32,375 nucleotides of DNA from Patescibacteria group bacterium (lineage in GTDB: Bacteria; Patescibacteriota; Microgenomatia; UBA8517). The notes beneath the pieces are model-generated. The model worked only from the letters and a program-made list of their open reading frames with translations. It was not told the DNA's origin and did no database searches. The stretch lies in the NCBI GenBank assembly GCA_026416845.1, contig JAOAEL010000001.1, forward strand, positions 83,565-115,939. Direction: 5' to 3'. The position numbers and the translations under genes are program-made. Position 1 is the stretch's first letter. Each line of letters begins with the position of its first letter. Shown piece after piece: positions 19,549-27,615 of the stretch.

Positions 19549-20565
19549 TTAGTTTCTAAAATAATTTAAATAAATATTAATCAAACTTTCGCTAGTCATA
19601 GCGTGTTTGTATATGTATGACCAATTTTTCTTTCTAAATCCATTAATATGTTTTCTTTCATCCAGAGTATCAGCAAAATTTCTAATATTCCAAATAATAG
19701 CTTTCAAACTTCCCTTAAGCGCCGACAAATCTTTCCTGAAAATCAAAAAAGCAAAACCTCTACCCAAATTAATGGCCAAAGAAAAAGGCAGATATTTAAA
19801 AACATAAACCAATTCATAATTTTTTATAATTGATCTAAAAGAATTTTTGGCTAAATGAAAATAAATGTTTTCAATTTTTTTTATGTAACTTCTTTCCAAA
19901 GGCTTTTTTGTGTAATGATAAACTATGGAATTTTTCGCCAAAACTACCCTGTAACCTGAAATCCAAATTTTCATGCTAAAATCTATATCTTCTGTGGTAA
20001 CAGCTTCTTTTTCGTCAAAAACTTCTACAATTTCAATCGCTTCTTTTTTTACAGCCAAAGCGGCAGATATGGCAATAATCTCATAAAAATCCAACACTTT
20101 TCTAACTTTTTTATACGAATCTTTATGGTGCAAAGGCAAAATCCAATGGGTATGAGGTATAAGTTTGCCTCCAGCCATTTGTATTAGATTTCTATTTTCG
20201 TAATCAATAAGCAAAGATTGTGCCGCTCCAACTTCCGGATCCTTCAGCGCCTCTTCCAATCCCACTAGCCAGAAAGGGTCTACCTGCGTATCATTATCAA
20301 GAAAAACAATCACATCGCCTTTTGCTTTTTGAATTGCTACATTCCTGCTTTGAGCCGCTCCCAAATTTTTTTTGTTTTTTATAAGCCTGATTTTTTTGTC
20401 TTTATTTTGATTTATATAATTTCTTATAATTGAAACACTATCATCGGTAGACGCATCATCCACAACTATTAATTCATATGAAGCATAATTCGAATTCAAA
20501 ACCGAATCTAAGCAATCCTGCAAATATCTGCCACCATTATAATTGGCGATAATTATCGAAAACAT
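19549..20565 (-). CDS. GT2 glycosyltransferase (WbbL/rhamnosyltransferase-like subgroup)
   Basis: SIIIANYNG, VDDASTDDS, NLG...SRN, FLDNDT, FDEK, EDIDFS and VYH. Start moved to ATG 20565 (MFSIII), just after the upstream stop. Confidence 0.9.
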   Translation of the reverse strand: MFSIIIANYNGGRYLQDCLDSVLNSNYASYELIVVDDASTDDSVSIIRNYINQNKDKKIRLIKNKKNLGAAQSRNVAIQKAKGDVIVFLDNDTQVDPFWLVGLEEALKDPEVGAAQSLLIDYENRNLIQMAGGKLIPHTHWILPLHHKDSYKKVRKVLDFYEIIAISAALAVKKEAIEIVEVFDEKEAVTTEDIDFSMKIWISGYRVVLAKNSIVYHYTKKPLERSYIKKIENIYFHLAKNSFRSIIKNYELVYVFKYLPFSLAINLGRGFAFLIFRKDLSALKGSLKAIIWNIRNFADTLDERKHINGFRKKNWSYIYKHAMTSESLINIYLNYFRN

Positions 20566-20567
20566 AT

Positions 20568-21326
20568 TTAATTCTTTGCACAAACAGCAAATAAATACGG
20601 AGCCTGATCAATACGATCTTTAGCAAGTTTGTAATCCTTGGCAAGAAATTTTACTTTGTTTTCTCCAGTAATAATTCTTTTGGGCCATGCAGGAAAATAA
20701 TTAATGATTCTTCGCATAAAACGTTTTCTAACTATCATTGAAGCAAATTTCCAACGAAATGTTTCTTTAACTTTTTCTTCTTGGGTTTTTTTATAGTCCT
20801 TTAGAACAATTCCGTATAAAACCACTTCCTTGAAATTCCGTAAAAGCAAGGATTTAAATTCACTGGGATAATACTCTCTAACATGATAAGGATTGCTTGG
20901 CTTGTCGCCATCATAAGAACTCATATATCTATTAGGCGTGGATACAAAAAACAACCCTTTTTTCTTTAAGCCGGTGGAAACTATATCTAGGAATTTTTCC
21001 GGATTTCTAAGATGCTCTATAACTTCAAAACTTACAGCAATATCAAATCTTTCTTTGCCTAAATCCAACTTTTCCACATCGGCTTGAAAATAAAAAATGG
21101 TTTTACTTTTATAATGTTTATTGGCGTAAGCAATCGAGTTTTTATCATTGTCATAAGCTACAATTTCTTTCGCTCCAAATTTTGACAACAAATATGTTCC
21201 ATACCCATAAGCGCACCCTAGTTCAACAACACTTTTGCCTTTGACCTTACCTCGCAGACATTTATAACGAAATGTGTTAATTCCCCCCTTGTCCAAAAAA
21301 TCAGTTCTTTCACCTGTGAAAATCAT
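20568..21326 (-). CDS. Class I SAM-dependent methyltransferase, 252 aa
   Basis: FTGER, VELGCAYGYG, VSFEVIEH, STPN and NPYHVREY motifs; ATGA overlap with the upstream gene. Confidence 0.9.
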   Translation of the reverse strand: MIFTGERTDFLDKGGINTFRYKCLRGKVKGKSVVELGCAYGYGTYLLSKFGAKEIVAYDNDKNSIAYANKHYKSKTIFYFQADVEKLDLGKERFDIAVSFEVIEHLRNPEKFLDIVSTGLKKKGLFFVSTPNRYMSSYDGDKPSNPYHVREYYPSEFKSLLLRNFKEVVLYGIVLKDYKKTQEEKVKETFRWKFASMIVRKRFMRRIINYFPAWPKRIITGENKVKFLAKDYKLAKDRIDQAPYLFAVCAKN

Positions 21327-22834
21327 GTTTTTATTTCCTTTTCCGCTATCAATATTAAACCAAACGCCGGATAAATATACACAAAAAAAGACGCCAAATA
21401 TGAAATTAAACTAAAAACAGGAATCAAAAATTTCGGCATCGTTCTTGCACAACCATTAACACCCCAAATATATTTCAATCCTTGCCCATAAACACTATAC
21501 CCGCGTTTTATAAAATCATCAGGCAACCAACCAGATAAATGCTTTTGAAAAGGATTATCATCTTTTTCCTTTTCAATCGGTTCATATTCTATAAATCCAT
21601 TTGTAGTAGTTATCAATACCCTCCTGTTCGCCAATCTTTCCCAATCAGCAATGCTTTTCAAAGCAAGTTTTTTTGGCATATGTTCAACTACCTGCGAAGA
21701 AAAGACAAGATCAAACTTCTTTTTTCTCAAAGATTGTGGCAATTCCAAAATGCTGGATTTATATACTTTGTCATAAACCCCGCTTGCTATCGCCTGTTCA
21801 ATTGCTTTAGGATAAATCTCCACTCCCACTATTCTCCAATCTTTTTTACAAGACAGACATTGCATGTATTCACCTGTCCCGCAACCAAGATCCAGAACCG
21901 TTCTTATATCATCGCCTATCAGCTTGCGTATTATCCAAGCATAAGAAAAAGGCATAAACAAATAGCAATTAGTATACAAAATCCCATCAATAACACCCTT
22001 TAAATAATTAAACCAAGATTTGAATTTCCTGTATTTGATCGCAAGTTTCAAATAGTAAAAAGCATATAAAGGAATAAAAAACAAAAAAGTAATTTTGCCA
22101 AACTCTTTCATAAAAATAATTCTGTTTCGCGCCACATAATAGCCTCTGTCCAACAATCTATAAGCTTCTTTTTCTTTGTCCATAGAAATATCATGATAGG
22201 CTTTGGCTTTAGAAGAATAATAAGTTAGATAACCAATATTTTTGGCTCTGAAACAAAAATCTGTATCCTCAAAAGTTGCAAAATATTTGTTGTCAAATCT
22301 CAGTGATTCCAACAAACGCCTTTTCACCAAAAGACAAGCAGGGGCTACGCCAACTTCCTGATCTTTATTGTATTGGCCTTCATCTTTGCCACCCCTAAAA
22401 ATCACCCTGCCCGTCCATAAATTAATGTCAGTGCCAGCAGACCAAATAATTTTTTTGTCAGAAAAATAGTATATCTTGGGAGTAACAATGCCAATTTTAT
22501 AATCAGAATTGGCTACCTCTAGCATATTTTTCAGCATATTTTTATCGGCAATCATATCGTGATCAAAAAAAAGCACATATTCAGATTTGCGAGAAGCGTA
22601 ATAACATCCATAATTTCTGCCTCCAGTCACACCATAGTTTTTGCTAAGTCTAAAAACTCTCACAGAAGGGAAATTTTTGCGGATTTTTTGATATGTGTGA
22701 TCAGAAGAATTATTGTCAACTACAATCACCTCAAAAGGTTTGTGTGTTTGTTTCAATATTGAATCAATACACTTCTCCAAAGTTTTTACACTGTTATAAG
22801 TTGGTATTACAACTGAAACTTTGCAATCAGACAT
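21323..22834 (-). CDS. Fusion protein: N-terminal GT2 glycosyltransferase plus C-terminal class I SAM methyltransferase, 503 aa
   Basis: GT2 motifs VIPTYN, VDNNSSD, GRN, FDHD and FEDTDFC in about aa 1-290. Methyltransferase motifs VLDLGCGTG, GVEIY, FDLVFSSQVVEH, TTNG and HLSGW in about aa 295-503. Single open frame. Confidence 0.88.
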   Translation of the reverse strand: MSDCKVSVVIPTYNSVKTLEKCIDSILKQTHKPFEVIVVDNNSSDHTYQKIRKNFPSVRVFRLSKNYGVTGGRNYGCYYASRKSEYVLFFDHDMIADKNMLKNMLEVANSDYKIGIVTPKIYYFSDKKIIWSAGTDINLWTGRVIFRGGKDEGQYNKDQEVGVAPACLLVKRRLLESLRFDNKYFATFEDTDFCFRAKNIGYLTYYSSKAKAYHDISMDKEKEAYRLLDRGYYVARNRIIFMKEFGKITFLFFIPLYAFYYLKLAIKYRKFKSWFNYLKGVIDGILYTNCYLFMPFSYAWIIRKLIGDDIRTVLDLGCGTGEYMQCLSCKKDWRIVGVEIYPKAIEQAIASGVYDKVYKSSILELPQSLRKKKFDLVFSSQVVEHMPKKLALKSIADWERLANRRVLITTTNGFIEYEPIEKEKDDNPFQKHLSGWLPDDFIKRGYSVYGQGLKYIWGVNGCARTMPKFLIPVFSLISYLASFFVYIYPAFGLILIAEKEIKT

Positions 22835-22873
22835 TTCGTGGAATTTGAACTAATTTAAAAATTTTTATAAATT

Positions 22874-24076
22874 TTAATTTTTTATTGCCCGCAACAAATT
22901 ATTGGCCCGAACATCCCAACTCCAATTTTTTGAGATCATAGCATAAGCTTCATCACCTAAACTTCTCCTTAATTTATCATCTTTCAAAAGACGAACAATA
23001 TTATCCGCATAAGATTGCAAATCTCCAATTTTTACTTTAACCATACCTTTAGGATAATAAGACTTATACGCAACTAAATCAAAGCCTACGCAGGGAATTC
23101 CAAAAGCCATCGCTTCGGCAGAAGCCATGCCTCCACTATCATAAAACGCAGGGTGAACCACAACTTTGCTCTGAGACAAAATTTCGTATTTTTTGGGACC
23201 ATCAAACAAATATCCAAAAAGTCTTACATTTTTTTCTAATTTATTAGCCTTTATTTTTTGTTTTACTTTCTCCATCAATGGTCCATCTCCAATCATGGCA
23301 AGTTTTGCATTGGGGACTTTTTCAACAACTTTTGCCCAGATATCAATCAACTCAACAACCCCTTTTTGAGGATGAAATCTTCCCTGAAAAACGGCATCAT
23401 AAACTTTTCGTTGCAACAATTTTTCGTTTTCTGATAAATACTTTTTTATGTCCTCAAGAGGAACACCACCTATTAAAACCACAACTTTTCCTTTTCTTGT
23501 TTGAAGCGGAAATTGATTTTTCTCATTTTCATTATTAACAATTATCTTGTCGGCATATTTTTTAATCAAAGGTTTAACTGGAAACTGCATAAACCAATAC
23601 AAAAATGATCTTAATCTGTGAGAAGATCCCGGCCTTTTGTCTTCTTTGTAACCTTTCAACGGATTGGGGGCTGTCTGATACCATGTGCAAACCAATTTGC
23701 AGTGAGGATGGCGAATTTTGCAAATCATTGCCGGAAAAAAGTCCATCCAAAAATCAGACGCGGAATATAAAAAAGTTTTTTCAGTATTTCTTATTTTTAA
23801 TCTAAAACCTAATTTCAAACCCAACAATATTTTTTGAATGTATTTTACTAAAAATAAATTACTCAAATTATCTGAAACACTTATCAACTTAAGATATTTC
23901 CCGTTAAGTTTTTGCCTTCTGGCCATTTGAATCCCCTCTATCGTGGTGTATACACACACTTGGCAAGTTTTAGACCATTCTCTTGCCAATTCTATAAAAA
24001 TTCTGTCGCTTCCAGAAATGCCTTCACCTGTTGGAGCAAGCGCAAAGAAAATGAACTTACTTAGATTACTCGTCAT
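22874..24076 (-). CDS. GT4 glycosyltransferase (D-x7-E variant), 400 aa
   Basis: SGSDRIF, FQGRFHPQKG, IGDGP, YDSGGMASAEAMAFG and WSW motifs. Confidence 0.88.
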   Translation of the reverse strand: MTSNLSKFIFFALAPTGEGISGSDRIFIELAREWSKTCQVCVYTTIEGIQMARRQKLNGKYLKLISVSDNLSNLFLVKYIQKILLGLKLGFRLKIRNTEKTFLYSASDFWMDFFPAMICKIRHPHCKLVCTWYQTAPNPLKGYKEDKRPGSSHRLRSFLYWFMQFPVKPLIKKYADKIIVNNENEKNQFPLQTRKGKVVVLIGGVPLEDIKKYLSENEKLLQRKVYDAVFQGRFHPQKGVVELIDIWAKVVEKVPNAKLAMIGDGPLMEKVKQKIKANKLEKNVRLFGYLFDGPKKYEILSQSKVVVHPAFYDSGGMASAEAMAFGIPCVGFDLVAYKSYYPKGMVKVKIGDLQSYADNIVRLLKDDKLRRSLGDEAYAMISKNWSWDVRANNLLRAIKN

Positions 24077-24172
24077 TATTTCTAAGAAGGATATTCATCA
24101 GTAAATTTTAAAAGATCATTTATAAATACTCAAACCTAAATGTTTTATACAAATCAACAAACAAAACATAAT

Positions 24173-25021
24173 TTATTTGGTAACTACAGCTAAAACACCA
24201 ACTCCACTACCAGATGGCTGATACAAATCATTCAACTTGTCAACCAAATTGACAATTTTAAATGCCAAATTGATATAAAAGGGTCTTTTGGGATTATTTT
24301 CAAATTTATTTATCGCTTTTGATAAAGATTTATCCAATTTTCCACTATGAAGACCCCGCGCCGCCAAATGCATTAAGTTGTGATTAAATGGTAAACACCA
24401 ATAAGTTAAACTTTGCAATTTTAAAATTTTCAAACCCGATTTTTCAATCACTGTTGCCAATTCCTCAGGAGTATAAAGCCTTAAATGCTGATTCCAAATC
24501 CCAGCCCAAAAACCTTCTTTGATATGAGTACCAAAGAAATGTTGTAATATCCAATTAACTGGATCCCAAAAAAATGGGTAATTTTTATTAGGGACAGTGA
24601 CAACAATTATACCTCCTTTTTTCAACAATCTTTTGGCTTCTTTTAAACCTTTTACATCATCTTCCAAATGCTCGCAAACCTCGCTCATTATTATTTTATC
24701 AAAAGAACTATCTTGAAACGGAAGTTTCTTTAACACATCCCCATGTAAAAGCTGAACCTTCCTGCCAGAAAGATTTCTTTTAGCGCTTTTTAAAGCATTT
24801 TTGTCTATATCAATACCAACTAAATTTAATTTCATACCTAAACTCGAAAGAATATGAAGATAAAACCCGTCTCCACAACCTATCTCCAAAATTTTATCTT
24901 TATCCTGCAGATTCAAACTATCAATTATATTATAAGCCCTTTTTTTAAGAGCCATGTCTCCAGTATTTTGCAAAAGTTTATTTAACTTGTTAGACATTAC
25001 TAATTTCTTAGGTATTTTCAT
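24173..25021 (-). CDS. Class I SAM-dependent methyltransferase (Methyltransf_11-like), 282 aa
   Basis: ILEIGCGDG, GIDID, LPFQDSSFD, MSEVCEH, VTVPN and HLRLY motifs. Confidence 0.9.
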   Translation of the reverse strand: MKIPKKLVMSNKLNKLLQNTGDMALKKRAYNIIDSLNLQDKDKILEIGCGDGFYLHILSSLGMKLNLVGIDIDKNALKSAKRNLSGRKVQLLHGDVLKKLPFQDSSFDKIIMSEVCEHLEDDVKGLKEAKRLLKKGGIIVVTVPNKNYPFFWDPVNWILQHFFGTHIKEGFWAGIWNQHLRLYTPEELATVIEKSGLKILKLQSLTYWCLPFNHNLMHLAARGLHSGKLDKSLSKAINKFENNPKRPFYINLAFKIVNLVDKLNDLYQPSGSGVGVLAVVTK

Positions 25022-25032
25022 TTTGCAATAGA

Positions 25033-25061
25033 ATTATATCTTGGCAATTATTAAGTTTAAA
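25033..25061 (-). promoter_or_regulatory. Putative internal sigma70-type promoter upstream of the 282-aa methyltransferase
   Basis: Perfect TATAAT on the minus strand (25038-25033), 11 nt before ATG 25021. Weak -35 TTTAAA (25061-25056) at 17-bp spacing. Confidence 0.45.
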
Positions 25062-25093
25062 ATACTAAACTTAATCTAAAAAAACAAAACTAC

Positions 25094-27043
25094 TTATCTA
25101 GCAAATTTAATTTCTATTAAATCATGACTTATATTTTCTAAAACCCAAGAGTTTAAACCACCATATTCATGAGATTTATACTCGCGATTGCCAATTTTTA
25201 ATTTCCAATACGGATGATAAGAGCTTTTGAAAATCAATCGCGCAAACTTTGCTTCAAAATTAAGTTTGCCTAAATAATGTGTTGGTGAAATTTTATTTAC
25301 ACTTATAGAAATCAAGTCTATACCCTCAATATCCACAATCTGCGTCTGATTATTTCCAAATTCAACTTCATAAAATTCAAATATGGAATCTTCAAAAATA
25401 AGTTTCAAAGGCATTATTTCCTTCAAATTAAAAATCATCCAATCATTCAACCACAATTCGTCCAAATGTCCTCCTTTTGCAAGATCTTTTTGAAAGAGGA
25501 CATATTTAATATTCATTTTCTTAAATTGATTTTCGTCATATATATGTGAGACTAATTGTTGATAAAGTTTTTGATATTCTAAATCAGAAAATTTGTTGCC
25601 TACATACCTAGAAATCAATGTACAATCAACAAAATACTCAGTTGGAATAACACCAGTATATCCCCATTTATAAACCGCTCCATCTCCGTTAGTCATTGGC
25701 AAGACTAAGATTCTAGAACCTTCATTTTTGCAACCAGTGAAAGCATTCACCTTAGAATTTAGACTTTCATATTCGTAAGGAATTTTCACTCGAAAATTTC
25801 TCATTACATCTCCATTAATCATTGGATAAGAAAGTGCAAAAATTAAAATAATTCCTAAAACAAAACGATATCTACCTAAATTTCTAAGATGCAAAAGCCC
25901 CAAAGACACAAAAACAGAATATGGAAGTAAAAGCAATACGCCTAACTTCTCATAAGAATTTCTGAAAATTGCAGTTTCAGGAAAAGAAAAAAATAAAAAT
26001 TTATACACTTCAAGACCTAAAGGAGGGTTTGCTCCTTTTGCAAAAAATAAAACAATTACAAAAAAATAAAACAGATATCTCACCACAGGTTTAAACCAAT
26101 AATTAACCAAACCAACTAAAAAAAGAATCAAAATAGCGACTGAAAGCAAGTATGAAAAAGCAGAATCATAAAAAAAGTTCCAGATAAAATTCTGGTTCAA
26201 CAAAAACCTTTGGCGAAGGAGCAAAATTTCTTGTAGTGGAAAATAAGCGCTTACACTTTTCAACGATTCAAAATTAGTCAAATGATCAATTCTGTTGTCA
26301 AAAGAGCCTCTTATGTATAAAAAGTTATAAGAAATCCACCAAATGTTAGAAATTATTAAAGTTGCACAAACAAGCAAAGCTTTAAAAATTTTGACCTTCG
26401 TAATTTTTTTGGTACTAAAAATATCAATAAAAAAAATAAAAAATAATACAAAAATAACCAATAAAACATTTACAACAATCGTATAAACAAAAGAAAAAAA
26501 TACTTGACTTATAAAAATAATAAATAGATACAAAACATTATTTGTTCTAAAATATTTTATTGCTAACAATGTCAATAAAGGCAAGAAAGCCCAAATACCC
26601 ATTTGAGAATACAAAAATCTACTCCAAATTTGAGTCAAGCCATATAAATTAAATAAATAAAACAAAGAAGAACAAAAAGCCAAAATATTGACATCCTTAA
26701 AATTGCAAAATAATTGCTTAACTAAAAAATAAACTGAGACCGTACCTGTTACAATCAAAATATAGAAAAAAAACATTTGCACAAAAAAAATTGAGAAACC
26801 AAAATTTAAATTCAATTGATTAAACAAAGTAATTGGTATGTTTGCAGAATAAACCGGTTGCGCGAAACCCAAACCAGATTCTTGCCAAACAGAATTTTTG
26901 TCAATAGCATTTATCTTGTGAAAAATTGAAAACGACTCTTCCGCACCAGCTAAAACCAATCCATCCTTAAACCAAGTTGCTAATAAAAATATTGGCAAAA
27001 ATATCAAAAACCAAAAAAATTTATCTTTTTTTTCTTTGTACAT
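25094..27043 (-). CDS. AftD(DUF3367)/YfhO-like putative GT-C glycosyltransferase, compact paralog, 649 aa
   Basis: WFKDG...AEES loop, NIWWI, KGANPPLG...IFRNSYEKL, IPYEY, RILVLP, NIKYVLFQKDL, ISPTHY, LIFKSSYHPYW and GLNSW. Lacks the large insert and the C-terminal TM of its paralogs. Confidence 0.65.
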   Translation of the reverse strand: MYKEKKDKFFWFLIFLPIFLLATWFKDGLVLAGAEESFSIFHKINAIDKNSVWQESGLGFAQPVYSANIPITLFNQLNLNFGFSIFFVQMFFFYILIVTGTVSVYFLVKQLFCNFKDVNILAFCSSLFYLFNLYGLTQIWSRFLYSQMGIWAFLPLLTLLAIKYFRTNNVLYLFIIFISQVFFSFVYTIVVNVLLVIFVLFFIFFIDIFSTKKITKVKIFKALLVCATLIISNIWWISYNFLYIRGSFDNRIDHLTNFESLKSVSAYFPLQEILLLRQRFLLNQNFIWNFFYDSAFSYLLSVAILILFLVGLVNYWFKPVVRYLFYFFVIVLFFAKGANPPLGLEVYKFLFFSFPETAIFRNSYEKLGVLLLLPYSVFVSLGLLHLRNLGRYRFVLGIILIFALSYPMINGDVMRNFRVKIPYEYESLNSKVNAFTGCKNEGSRILVLPMTNGDGAVYKWGYTGVIPTEYFVDCTLISRYVGNKFSDLEYQKLYQQLVSHIYDENQFKKMNIKYVLFQKDLAKGGHLDELWLNDWMIFNLKEIMPLKLIFEDSIFEFYEVEFGNNQTQIVDIEGIDLISISVNKISPTHYLGKLNFEAKFARLIFKSSYHPYWKLKIGNREYKSHEYGGLNSWVLENISHDLIEIKFAR

Positions 27044-27068
27044 TTGAGAATAAAAACAGTAATAAAAA

Positions 27069-27112
27069 ATGTAAAATTATTTACATAATTTTAATGCAAT
27101 GTAAAATGTAAA
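27069..27112. repeat. Four copies of ATGTAAA (one inverted pair, one tandem pair) in a divergent intergenic region; possible operator or promoter
   Basis: ATGTAAA-ATTA-TTTACAT at 27069-27086 and ATGTAAA-ATGTAAA at 27099-27112. Confidence 0.45.
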
Positions 27113-27118
27113 TTAAAT

Positions 27119-27607
27119 ATGAAATCTGCATTATTAGTTGTTGTAACGATTATAATTTTTTCACTCTCATCTAGCGCCGTGATAGTTGATGCGAAAAAAA
27201 GCGAAGAACCTTTTGTTTACGAACAAATCAATCCTGATTCACGTTTAATCTACAAATATAAACGACTAAAAGAGAAGTTATATACTGCATATCTTGCAAA
27301 ATTTAGAAAAGAAAAACTGTCACAAAATTACATTGAACTTATCAATAGACGATTCAGAGAATTAAAGTATGTAGTAGACAAAGACAAAATAGATCTACTT
27401 GAAACCGTAACCTCCAGATACAATTCGCAAATTGGAGAAGTAACAAATATAAATACTAATCAAGAAACTAATATAAATGCCTTACAAGCTATACTGGAAA
27501 TTCAACAAGAAATCTTGCCAACGCTTAGGGATAAATACCCGGCAAATAGCGCTCAATGGTTGCTTTTGCAACAGACATTAGATACCATCAATGCCATTGT
27601 CAATTAG
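27119..27607 (+). CDS. Secreted or membrane-anchored helical protein, DUF5667-like, 162 aa
   Basis: N-terminal signal or anchor sequence (MKSALLVVVTIIIFSLSSSAVIVDA), then INPDSRLIYKYKRLKEKL...ELINRRFREL, matching my recollection of the DUF5667 pattern P-DS-x-Y-x-x-KR-x-x-E...L-x-x-[KR]R-x-x-E. Confidence 0.7.
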   Translation: MKSALLVVVTIIIFSLSSSAVIVDAKKSEEPFVYEQINPDSRLIYKYKRLKEKLYTAYLAKFRKEKLSQNYIELINRRFRELKYVVDKDKIDLLETVTSRYNSQIGEVTNINTNQETNINALQAILEIQQEILPTLRDKYPANSAQWLLLQQTLDTINAIVN

Positions 27608-27615
27608 CATATTCT

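Noticed and set aside
24077-24172. Largest intergenic gap (96 bp) as a possible sRNA, terminator or micro-ORF
   Set aside because: Very AT-rich with no stable hairpin. It holds only a short (about 17-codon) minus-strand ORF with no supporting evidence.
6737-25021. Methyltransferases as a restriction-modification or anti-phage defence system
   Set aside because: No DPPY/NPPY or PCQ DNA-methyltransferase motifs, and no nuclease or helicase genes. The motifs fit small-molecule or sugar methyltransferases.
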